Shown here piece by piece: positions 44,264-55,850 of a stretch of DNA of 64,000 bases. A program made the position numbers and the translations under genes. Source of the DNA: Camelus dromedarius. Taxonomy: Eukaryota. Below the pieces are notes generated by a model. That model had not been told where the DNA came from, searched no databases, and was given only the letters and a program-made list of their open reading frames with translations. Numbering within the stretch: the stretch's first letter is position 1; each line of letters begins with the position of its first letter. The stretch is taken from assembly GCF_036321535.1 (NCBI RefSeq), contig NC_087436.1:94304001-94368000 (forward strand). The letters run 5' to 3'.

Positions 44264-44363
44264 CATCTGTCTGGCAATGATGCTGTCAATGTGCTTATTA
44301 AGGTGACGGCTGATACCTGCAAATTCTACAGCTCTTCCTGTTATCCAACATAATGTCTTCTTA
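44264..44363 (-). other. N4BP2: N4BP2 non-coding 5'UTR exon (exon 2)
   Basis: Polypyrimidine acceptor ttttttttatag| and perfect donor ATG|GTAAGT bracket 100 nt of non-repetitive sequence between the CpG island and the ATG exon. Confidence 0.75.
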
Positions 44364-46279
44364 CTATAAAAAAAGTAAATGATGATATATTATATATTTA
44401 TATAACAAAAGCAAATCTACATCAAACTATAATTCAGAATCAAATCAAAGTCCAAAATATATATAATATTTATAATATAAATACATAATCCTATTCCAAA
44501 GAGAAAGCAAAGTTAAAAAGACCAAACTCATTCACTACCACAGGAGGAGACCATTACACTCTGGAAATGGTTATATAAACGGAAAGAACCAAGAATTTAT
44601 TCTGCCTTTTCAGTAAAACATTATTTCAAGGTTAACAAAATAGCTCTAACTGATGAGGGAAACCTCTTCTTTATTGAAGACAACTATGTAATAGAGTCCA
44701 AAACTAATTACCATATTGTAAACCACAATTAAATAGCTGATCAAGAATCATCAACAATCATCAATGAAGGTTAAAATCATTAAGTGAAGGGATGACAGAT
44801 ACACCTGGTGCCAAAGTACCATGCCACCGGTTATTTGCTGGAAGTAAAAAGACAAACATAACTTTACAATAAAATGATCTGGTTGTCACCACCTTGACCT
44901 GGTGATCAACACAGCATCCAAATGGTGTGACAACTAAACATTGTATGAGTCTAAGTGAAGCGGTATGAGTACACAGCACTGCTAAATGAAGTACTCTTCC
45001 AAAAATGTTTAACCTGAATCTGAAACATCTTTAGACCTAAGGTCTAGTTTATAGAAAATATAGGGAATAGAGGAAAAGTTAAACTACACCATGAAGAAAC
45101 TATCCACAATACAAAACGTCAGATGTTTTCAACAAAGCTAACAGATCTATATCATGGAGGATGAGAGGGAGAGTGATAAACATGGTGGGTAGGTAAGAAA
45201 GACAGTTCTATAATGGAAAAAAAAAAAAAAAAAAAAGACTCAAGAGATAACAAATGCAATGCGTAGCTCTTGACTGGATTTTGGTATTTTTTTAAGGCAA
45301 TAAAAGATGTTTTTGGAACTATTAGAGAAATCTAAATATGGTGTGAGTATCATATATTAGAGAATTATTGGTAATTTTGCTAGGAAGGATAATGGTTTTG
45401 TGGTTATATAGAATATACTTTTTCTGGAACATATATGTCAGAGATAACATGTCATAAATTTTTAAAGGAATAAATTTAAAGCTAAATCTTTAAATGAAAT
45501 TTATCAAAGTCCAAAATATATACATTTATAACACAAATGTATAATAATCAAAAAAAGAAGAAAAAATCTCACTTGTCATTATTTACTTTTAAATTATCCA
45601 GGAAATTTATATATACAATAGAAATATACATATATAAAGCAAATGTAGCAAAGTTATTAATAATTATTAAGTCTAGAAGGTGGATATACATGAGTTCAAG
45701 GTACTATTCTATTTTTCTGTATGTCTAAATATTTTGCTAATCAAAGTTTTTTAAGTGTACTATGCTGCAAGTAAACTGGTTTGTTTACCTCTGCAAAGTA
45801 AAGAAAAAAAATCTTTTTAATTCAAATACTAACCCTTGATTTAAAACCTCTAATCCAAACATGCCAAGTTTTTATAAAGCAGGCCACACTCCATATTTTA
45901 AAGGTTATATCTGGTTACATGTCCACATGTGTTCTAAGAAAAAGAAAAATTCAATCATGGTTAAGTAAAGGGAAGGAAGAAAATAAGAGGAAACTTTTTA
46001 AATGATAAAAATTAAGAAAAGAACCCCAAATAGCCAAAACAACCTTGAGAAAGAAAAACAAAGCTAGAGCCTTCACACTTCCTGATTTCAGAACATATTA
46101 TGGTTCCTTAAAAAACTAAAAATGGAGATACCATATGATCCTATAATCCCACTCCTGGGCACATATCCAGAGAAAACTCTAATTCCAAAAGATACATGCC
46201 CCCCAATGTTCACAGCAGCACTATTTACAATAGCCAAGACATGGAAACAACATAAATGCTTGACATGACAGATGAATGG

Positions 46280-46296
46280 ATAAAGAAGATGAAGTG

Positions 46297-46352
<56 letters not shown>
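46280..46352. repeat. (CA)n microsatellite, ~36 units (a second one at ~48049-48093)
   Basis: Directly visible perfect AC run. Confidence 0.97.
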
Positions 46353-46354
<2 letters not shown>

Positions 46355-47363
46355 GGAGTATTACTCAGCCATAAAGAATAAAATAATGCCATTTGCAGCA
46401 ACATGGATGTACCTAGAGCTCACCATGTTAAGGGAAGTAAGTCAGACAGAGAAAGATAAATATCATACGATATCACTTATATGTGGAATCTAAAAAAATG
46501 ATACAAATGAACTCATTTACAAAACAGAAATAGACTCACAGATACAGAAAATAAACTATGGTTACCAAAGGGGAAAGTAGGGGGTGGGGAGGGATAAATT
46601 AGGAGTTTAGGATTAATAAATACACACTACTATATATGAAACTAGATAAACAAGGACCTACTGTATAGCATAGGGAACTACATTCAGTATCTTGTAACAA
46701 CCTATAATGGAAAAGAATCTGAAAAAGAATATAGATACACACACACGCACACATACCACATAACTGAATCACTTTGCTGTATACCTGAAACTAACACAAC
46801 ATTGTAAATTAACCATATTTCAATTTTTAAAATATGTATATGGTTTAAAAAACATACAAAGATACTATAATCAAAACAGTATGGTACTGGCATACAGACA
46901 AACATAAGAGCAACGGAAAAAAACATAAAGCCCAGAAATAAACACTTACATTTATGGCTAAATAACCTTCGACAAGATACCAAGACTACTCAACAGGGTG
47001 GTGCTGGGGAAACTGGATATCCACATTTAAAAGAATGAAGCTGAACCTTCTGTAACACTATATACAAAAATTAACTCAAAATGGCCAGAGACCTAAATGT
47101 AAGACCTGAAACTATAAAACTCCTAGAAGAAAACATAGGGGGAAAGCTTCATAACATTGGACTTGGCAATGATTTCTTGGATATGGCAAAGAAACACAGG
47201 AAACAAAAGCAAAGTAAACAAATAGGACTACATCAAACTTAAAACCTCTGCACAGCAAAGGAAACAATCAATAGAGTGAAAAGGCAACCTATGGAATGAA
47301 AGTATTTGAAAATCATGTACCTGATTAGGGGTTAATATCCAGAATATATAAAAAAAACTCCTA

Positions 47364-47555
47364 GTGGGGAGTGTATAGCTCAGTGGTAGAGTACATGCTT
47401 AGCATGCACAAGGTCCTGGGTTCAATCTCTAGTACGTCCATTAAAAATAATAGTAATAATGAAATAAAAATAAATAAATCTAATACCTCCCCCCTAAGAA
47501 AATAATTAAAGTGGTAAAACAAGACAAACAAAAAACTGAAAAATTAAAAAAAAAA
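47364..47555 (+). mobile_element. tRNA-derived SINE (Vic-1-like, long tail) inserted in L1
   Basis: A/B boxes, AT-rich tail, imperfect TSD aaaactccta / agaattccta. Confidence 0.85.
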
Positions 47556-48047
47556 GAATTCCTACAACTCAACAACAAAACACAACTCGATTTTAAGAAT
47601 GGACAAAGGACTTGAATAGGCAAATGGCCAACAAGCATATGAAAAGATGCTCCACATCATGAATCATCAGGGAGAAGTGACCAAAACCATAATGAGATAT
47701 GATGTCACAGCCCTTAGGATGGTCACTATCAAAAACAAAAACAAAGCAAAACAAATGCTGTTAAGGATGCAGAGAAATTGGAACCCTTGTGTACTGCTGA
47801 TGAGAATGTAAAATGGTGCAGCCACTATGGAAAACAATATGGAGACTCCTCAAAAAAGTAAAAATAGAATATGATCCAGTAATCCCACTTTTGGATATAT
47901 ATCCAAAAAGACTGAAAACAGGATCTCCAAGAGATATTTGCACACCCATGTCCAATGCAGCATTATTCACAATAGCCAAGAGGTGGAAGCAAACTGTCCA
48001 TGCAATCTAAATGTTCCCATAGAAAACTGGATAAAGAAAATGTGGGG

Positions 48048-48094
<47 letters not shown>

Positions 48095-48708
48095 TACATA
48101 ATGGAATATTATGCAGCCTTTAAAAAGAAGAAAATCTTGTCATATGCTATAATATGGATGAACCTGTAGGGCATTATGCTAAGCGAAATAAGCCAGTCAC
48201 AAAAAGACAAATAGTGTATGATGTCTTATGTGAGAGGTATCTAAGGTAGTCAAACTCCATACAGATGGCCAACAGGCACATGAAAAGATGCTCAACATCA
48301 TTAATCATCAGAGCAAATTAAAACTACAATGAGCTGTCATCTCACACCTGTCAGAATGGCTATCATCAAAAAGACACAAATAACAAATACTGGCAAGGAT
48401 ATGGAGAAAAGGGAACCCTTGGGAATGTAAACTGGTGCAGGCACTGTGAAAACAGTATGGAGGTTTCACAAAAAAACTAAAACTACCATATGACCCAGCA
48501 ATTCCACTCACGGGTATATACACACACAAAAAAAAAGAAAACACTAATTCCAAAAGATACAGGCACCCCAATGTTCACATAGCAGCACTATTTACAACAG
48601 CCAGGATATGGAAGCAACCTAAGTGTTCATCAACAGATGGATGGATAAAGAAGATGTGGTATATATACAATGGAATACTACTCAGCCTTATAAAAAAAAA
48701 GAAAGTGT

Positions 48709-48803
48709 GGAGGGGGGAATACAGTTCAGTGGTAGAACGCATACTTAGCAAGCATGAGGTCCTGGGTTCAATCCTCAGTACCTCCATTAAAAAAAAAAAA
48801 AAA
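48709..48803 (+). mobile_element. tRNA-derived SINE (Vic-1-like) inserted in a younger L1
   Basis: A/B boxes and poly-A tail; the L1 3'UTR resumes at gaatgaaattttgcc. Confidence 0.85.
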
Positions 48804-50224
48804 CAGGAATGAAATTTTGCCATTTGCAACAACATGGATGAACTTAGAAGGTATTACGGCAAGTGAAATAAGTCAGAAAGAGAAAGACAAATACTGTATG
48901 ATATCACTTATATGGAATCTAAAAAATAAAACAAACTAATGAATATAACAAAGAAGAAACAGACTCACTGATATAGAGAACAAACTGGTGTTTACCAGTG
49001 GGAAGAAGGGGAGTAGTACAAGACAGGGGTAGGGAATTAAGAGGTACAAACTACTATGTATAAAATAAATGAGCTACAAAGATATATTGTACAACCCAAG
49101 GAATACAGCCAATATTTTATATTAACTATAAATGGAGTATAAACTTTAAAAATTGTGAATCACTATGTTGTACACCTAAAACATAAATAATATTGTACAT
49201 CAACTATACCTCAACAAAAAATAAAGTAGTCAAACTCTTAGTAAGATGATGGATGCCAGGAGCTAGAGATAGGGAGATGGAGAAAGGAATTGTTCAGTAG
49301 TATAGCTTCAGTTCTGCAAAATGAAAAAGTTCTAGAGACCTGTTGTATTAACTATGCACATATTAACACCACTTTCTGTTCACTTAAAAATAGTTAAGAT
49401 GATAAGTTTTGCTATATGTTTACCACAATTAAAAAAAACTCTAAGGGGTTCAACTACAAAGAAAAAAATATAAGAGAAGGTGGTTTAGCAGGGAAAGAAA
49501 ATGTTCACTCAAGAGAGGTGGAGTCAGAAACAGAACAGAAAAGAAAATTACAAATAGAAATCCTGAGAAACATACATTTAATTACAACTACACAAATATT
49601 TATCAAGGGTGGTTAAGAATTTATCAACTTTAGGTCTCCTGATAAAACAGGTTTACTGGATCTTTATAACTTCAGAAACTATATGCAAAATACTCTACTA
49701 GGTACTCTGTATTCCCCTGTATGACTGATTGTACATAAACCATCCCCTACTCAACCACCTCTTTCCTACCAACTACCACTCACCAAAAAGCTCCATCCTC
49801 TCCTTCCTATATTTAAAAATTCTCACACATGTCCCTCTACCCCATCCCACCCAACCCGTATTTCTTGGCTCAATTAACTTTCCTTCAGGAAAGTTTTCTA
49901 CTGTCCCAAAGTCTGATTTACACACAGCTCCCACTGCACCCTAGATTTACCTCTATCTTAGCACCTTTGTATTTACTTGTTTAGATTACTAGTCTATAAG
50001 CATCTCACAGATAATGTTTTTTTTATTTAGCAAACAAGAGCTTATTAAATATTTGTTATATGCCAACACAAGCCATAAAGTCACTTTAGTTCTTTAAAAT
50101 ATTGGACTTACCATTTCAGTACCTGGAATACTCACGTCCACAATACAGGGCATCTCTTTCCCATAAATAAAATACCTAGAAAAACAAATTTATAATCAGA
50201 AGGGTGTTTAAGAATTAGACTGGC

Positions 50225-50670
50225 TGTTCTTCATATCTACCCAGAACTCTTTCTCCTCCCCAGCTCCACAGGGGTCTGATTTCTAAGAGACCCCTGGCCT
50301 TATCAGTGAGCACATCACATGATCTAGGCTGAACCAGGCATAGTCACCTTATCCCCTAAGCTGCAGGAATTGGTCAAGGCAGAGGCATGTGACCAAATCT
50401 ATCTGGAGGCTCCAGGTAGATAAGCCTATGCTGCCAGGAACCAGGTCCCACTGTGTGAAGAAGCATATCCACAGTAGGGGAGAAGGGGCCACTGTGTACT
50501 GATAAGTGTATGAAGGATCTACCTATGGGCAAGTTCCCACCTTAGCTCCTTATTGCGTTCTCTGTCCACTCAATTTCTGTCATATGCTAATTGAACCAGT
50601 AACTTTTCCCTCCATAACCTATTTTAGGCGGTTTCTCTGTTATTTGCAATCCAAAAAGTCTTAACTAAAA
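50225..50670 (+). mobile_element. Old MLT1-type MaLR LTR
   Basis: ggcatgtgacc internal motif and ttctctgttatttgcaatccaaaaagtcttaactaa end motif. Confidence 0.6.
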
Positions 50671-53600
50671 ACCAGAGCAACTGAATAAGATGGAAATTAT
50701 CTGTAAAGATATTTCATTGACGCTGTAAAAGGACCTACTGACTCAGCCTTTCCTATTTAGAAAACTTTCATCTATAAGACATGGCGTCGTTCTCTTCCCT
50801 ACTAGGTATACCCCCAAATTACTATTTAATTCCCTTTTTATACACACTATGCGAATCACATCCTTTTTTTACGCAGTCTATCTGCCTCTTTTTTGTTGCA
50901 CCCTAAGCAGTACATGGTGAGATGACAATAAGCAGTAACAACACGGTAAGAGAATTCTGAGAATTCAGAGCACTGGGGAAACAAGTAGAAGATGCGGGTG
51001 GGAAACAAGTAGAAGATGCGAGTAGCCCAGCCTTGGGATATAAAAGAGGGCTGGCTTCCCCGAAGAGGTACCACCTCTATAGAGAGAAATGTGTGAGTCA
51101 ACAAAACCAAAGGGGAGGGAAGCAGGGAGCTAGGGAAGGCATTCCAGAGGAAAGCTGTTCTCAGGCCTAGATTTCACAAACTTGGCATCTCAAGGGAGAA
51201 ATGCAGCAACTAAATATGGTTATTCAAAGGAAAAAAGTAACAGAAGATGAAGAGGTAAACAGAAGCCAGATCATGAAGATCCCGAAAGCCAAATTAAGAA
51301 GTTAAGATTTTATCCTGAAGGCAATGAAAAGCCACAAAACAAGGTTTTTAGCAGAGGAGTTACAGGTTCAAATGTGTCAGAAATTACTCTGGCTACAGTG
51401 GGGAAAATGGAGTGGAAGACAAGTCTGCAAGCAGGGATAACCACTTAGGAGGCTACCGCAGCAATCCCGGTGAGAGATGGTGCTAACCATGGAGGAGGAT
51501 GACAGCCTTGGGAAGAGAAAAGGCACAGATTCAAGAGAGATTAAGGAGAAAGAATCCAACAGGACTCGGTGATCAATCAGAATACAAAAGGAAAAAGAGA
51601 AGAAAAGGAATAGCCCATGTTCCTGCCAAATTATTATTAGCAGTGCCTACTATTTACTGAATGCTTACCACACATGCATTATCTCATTTAATCTTCCCCT
51701 AGAAAGAAAGCAGAAGAGAGGCAGTTTGTTTGTATTTTTGGTTTGAGGCTCAGAGAGGGAAGGTTGATAATGACTACAGTTTGGGATTTGCTCAATTTAA
51801 GACGCCTGTGGAAGCATACAAATAAACATGTCATGAAGATAGATGGTATATGAGCCCAGTAATCAGGAAAAAGCCCTGCGTGGGAGATAAGAGAATTATC
51901 AGCATGCAGATAGTAACTGCGAGAAATATTTTTTAAACTAAAATATCCCCTTTATTCATGCCAAAATTTATTTACTATCCTATATACCTATAGCTTTGGG
52001 ACTAATGTTAGGAGGAAAAGTGAGTAAAATTGAGTGAAGCTCACAGTTACCATAGGGAGGAGGTAGCTCAATGTAGCAACAAGCATATAATGGAAATACT
52101 ACATCAAATGTTCAGAGTTAATACAATGAGTAAGTGATTATCTCTGCTGGGGAAAGGAACAAAAGAACACTTTACAACAAATACCACCTAAATCTTGAAG
52201 TAGGTTATCAGAGAGTTTAAGGGGAGGAGGACAGGGAGACCAGTGAAGACACTACAAGCAGAAGAAATTTTTCAATTTCAATTCAAAGACAAAAGAAATT
52301 TTTTTAAAAAGATGGCTTGCTTTAGAATAGAAAAACTAAATATTATTCATGTCAGTCTCCCAATCTAATTCTTAAATTTAATGAATAGAGTGGATATATT
52401 AAAAAAAATTTTTTTAAAGGAACATAGGGGATATTCACGCTACTAAATACCTGAGCATATTATGAAAGTAACATTATAAAAGCAAATGGTACAGCTACAA
52501 AAATCCAGTAAAAGACAAAAGAAGTATTATTAAAGGTCAAGTCCAGATATAGTCCTAATAACATCTGGCTTACTCATTGTCTGGCATGGTAAATATCAAA
52601 AAAATTACAGTCTCTTCTTTAATTGCTAATAAAACTACTTCTAAAGGCATTTAAAAATGTGATCTGATAAGATTTGATGTTTGACCTGACAAACTGAGAT
52701 CCTTCCAAAGACTTAAAACGTGAGCTTGTATATAAGGTGAATGGAAGGAAGGCAAAAATGGTAGCTATTCTCCAAAATTCACCTTGTCTAATAAATGATT
52801 ACTGCTTTGCATATCAAAAGACATGCCTAACCACGGATAATCACGAAGAAAAGGGAGATTTTAAGAGAAGAAAAATCCTCAGATAGTATTAAAAAAGCAT
52901 GTACCAACACTGGTAATATTTATCTAGCCTCTATTTTATACAGCTGCTATGCCTACTTTAATAAGGAAAAAACATTCCTTTACTATAACTTGAGCTTACT
53001 TCTTCTATAAAGTCCAGTACTGGGTCCTCTTTACTCTCCCCTTCAAGGCAACCAAAGTCAACAGGTATACAAATTGACAGTCGTAAGTACTACACTCTGA
53101 TTTGTCCTGGGTTGTGTTGTTTTATACGTTAGTCTTTTTTCATGAACTTAAGTGTTGCATCCTTGTAGGAAAGCAGCCATTTCCTTCCTATTCTTTTCAC
53201 TGTCTCCACCACTGCAGACCCCTACCCTCCCGCAGCCCCTTGAACAATAAAGGCTCTGGCACAGGAACAAAAAGTTGATTGAATTTCTGACCTTTAAAAG
53301 CAGACAATATAAGAAAATAGAACCACGCTGATTATCAAAACACAAAACACATGATGTTTACGTTGCTTTAAAGATTTAAGAAGTCTTTCATTGAAAACTG
53401 AAGAACGAGGATTAAAATTAGTTACAAAGAGAGCTGGGCAACTGAGAGAAAAACGATGGAAATAATAAAAACAGAACTAAATGGCTGCTGTTGTTGGGAT
53501 GAAAAGATAGCAAAAAAAAAAAAAAAAAAAGGAAGAGAGGCAGCTGCAAACCAGTCATTGTTTTCTGAGAAGCCAGGTTCATCCCCAGATTCTCTCTCGG

Positions 53601-54169
53601 AGCTCAACCAATCCCCACCTTTTCTGAGTTAACCAGTCTCCAGGCAAGCAGCGCTTTTTGATTGGCTTAAAGACGTTGAGTAGAAAAACCAGCCAATCAA
53701 GCTGGATTGGCCAGAGTCAGAACTGTGCTATGGAGACATTACAACCACTGCATGGCGAGAATGTGTACAAACCTGTCGGTGCCACAAATATCAGATTCTA
53801 GTTCGGCAAAGACTGTTGCCGAAAGGAAGGTTCTTTAAACCAACAGTGAGCTTGATCTAGCATCTACACTTTTTTTTTTAATTACTCTAGCTCTCTTTCT
53901 GAGAGAGGGTAAAACAAACAAAACCACGTTTTAACCAAAAGAGCGTAAGGAATAAACTGTCCCGGGTCAGATGACTCACTCTATCAAAGACAAATTTCCA
54001 AATAGACATCTTGGAGCGGTCCAGATCACACTAGGACTCAAGGAGGGTCCCAGTGGGGATCAAAGTTGCCATGGGGGAGAAGGGTGTGGACTAGAATCAA
54101 AGCAGCACAGATAGCAGGAACAGGGAATGCCTCCCCGCAGCACCCAAAATCGGAACGTGCGGAGTGAGT

Positions 54170-55850
54170 GGCTATGTTTGGATCTGAAGAAGTGAGTAAA
54201 GGGCTATGCTAGGACTACGTGCGCGGGAGGGTGGCCCGAAGTTCCAAGAAGGCTTTTCAGGGAGAGGCCGAAGGCGCTCGGAGGGGCGCGAGGTCAAGAC
54301 CCGGCGGGAACCGACAGGGAAACCCTGGGGGGCGAAAGGGGTGTGCCCGGGGCCTGGAGGCCCGCCAGGGACTGGGAGGCCCGGGAAGCGGCCGCAGCCC
54401 CCGCCTTCGCCCGACCTCGGGCGGCGCGCCAGGGCCCGCCTCTCTTCGCTTCCGTCCGGGCGGCCGGGCTCACGGGCCGGACTGGAGACGGCCCGCGCTG
54501 GCCCCCCACGTTCGGGGGTTAGGGTTTCGGTCGCAGCGCCCCCCGCCACTGCCTCAGGCTCTCCGCTCCTGCTCGGGGACCCCAGGATCCCTTCCCTCCA
54601 GGACCCTCACCCCGGCCCCGCCGCCCCGTCTCCCACCTACCGCCTTTACCTGTTCTAGGAGTGGGCAGACGGCGTCGAGGCCGGGGCCGCGTCGTCAGGA
54701 GTGCGACGCGGCGCCGCGGGTCCGCAGCCCTTTCCCGCCGCCGCCACTGCGCTCTCCGACGCGGCGCAGGGCTGGCGAGCAGCGACGGCCGCGGTGGGGA
54801 GACGCGGGGCGAGCGGCCGGCGGGGAGACACTGCCGCTCTCCGTCCGGCCTGGGAAGAGCAGCCTCGCAGCAGCCAGCCGCGAGAGGGCGGGTGGGCGGC
54901 CGAATGGGGAGGGGTCTCGGGGAGTAGGGAATGGCTGCCACGTCGCCCAGGTGGATCGCGGCCCTCCGCCTCCTCCACCTCCCTCCACCCCCGCCCGCTC
55001 CCTGCCGCGACCTCTGGTTCGTTCCGGAGCTCCGCTAGGGCGCGTCGGCCCGCCCCGTGAAGCCGACCCCGGCGACCCCTGCCGCGGGCGCTCCCGCCTC
55101 TCCCGCTCTCTCCGCTGAGCAAGTCCCGGCCTGGCCGGTTCTGCCGCAGCGGACCCGGCCTCCCACTCACTCACCCCCCACCCCAAAAAAAGCTCTCCCG
55201 AAAGCCTGACGTGTTTCCCCCTTCCCTTTTCGGGGGGTCACATGCAGAAACAAGCCCTTTTCAATGTGTTGGGTTTTCGGGGAAGGTGGGAGCTGTTTTG
55301 AGCTGGTGAACGTAGCAATAAGGGGCCCGAAATTGCTGAGGATATAAGCGGTGAACCACAGCCTTGTCTGAGCCTCTTCAGACTCTCCCTAGCGCCAAAT
55401 GCAAAACAAACACAAGGTCGTACTCGCTGGTCGAGGCGGGGAACGAAACGTGAGCGGGGGCGGGCCCGCCAGCGCGCGGGTCCCGGCGGCGAGTAGGAAG
55501 AGACCGCCAGGCGAGCCGGGCGGCCTCGGCGTGGCCTAACTGGGCTGTTGACTCGGGGCGTGCTAGGCGGCTGCGGCGGGCGCGCGAGCCCGGCCTCCGC
55601 GCGCGCTGTGCTGCCCGCGGGGGGTTTCCGGGCGCGCGGCCGGCTGCCCCTACGCGCGCTCGGGCGACGGACTCGGCGCGGCCACCTCGGAGCGGGAAAA
55701 CAAAGGGGTCCGCGGCGGCTGCGGCCCCGACCGAGACTGCCTGGCCCCGACCGGCGCTGCCAACGTGTGGTCTGAACACGCTGACGGAGGCACAAAAACG
55801 ATTGCATGTTTGCAACGTAGACCCGGAGGCGCTGACCTTTGCCCGGCTTA
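54170..55850. promoter_or_regulatory. N4BP2: CpG island / N4BP2 promoter region
   Basis: Very GC- and CpG-rich block in an otherwise AT-rich window, with many GC boxes, located 5' of the N4BP2 exons on the minus strand. Confidence 0.93.
54641..54850 (-). other. N4BP2: Candidate non-coding exon 1 of N4BP2 (5' end approximate)
   Basis: Two tandem minus-strand donor candidates inside the CpG island: CAG|GTAAAG (exon edge 54650) and GCG|GTAGGT (exon edge 54641). The TSS cannot be fixed from sequence; another GTGAGT candidate exists near 55170. Confidence 0.45.

Larger units (their letters stand above)
46010..49440 (+). mobile_element. Older L1 (ORF2 3' part and 3'UTR) interrupted by two younger 5'-truncated L1s (~46101-46835 and 48258-49221)
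   Basis: L1 ORF2/3'UTR motifs occur three times; the second insert is bounded by TSD taaggtagtcaaactc / taaagtagtcaaactc. Confidence 0.88.
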
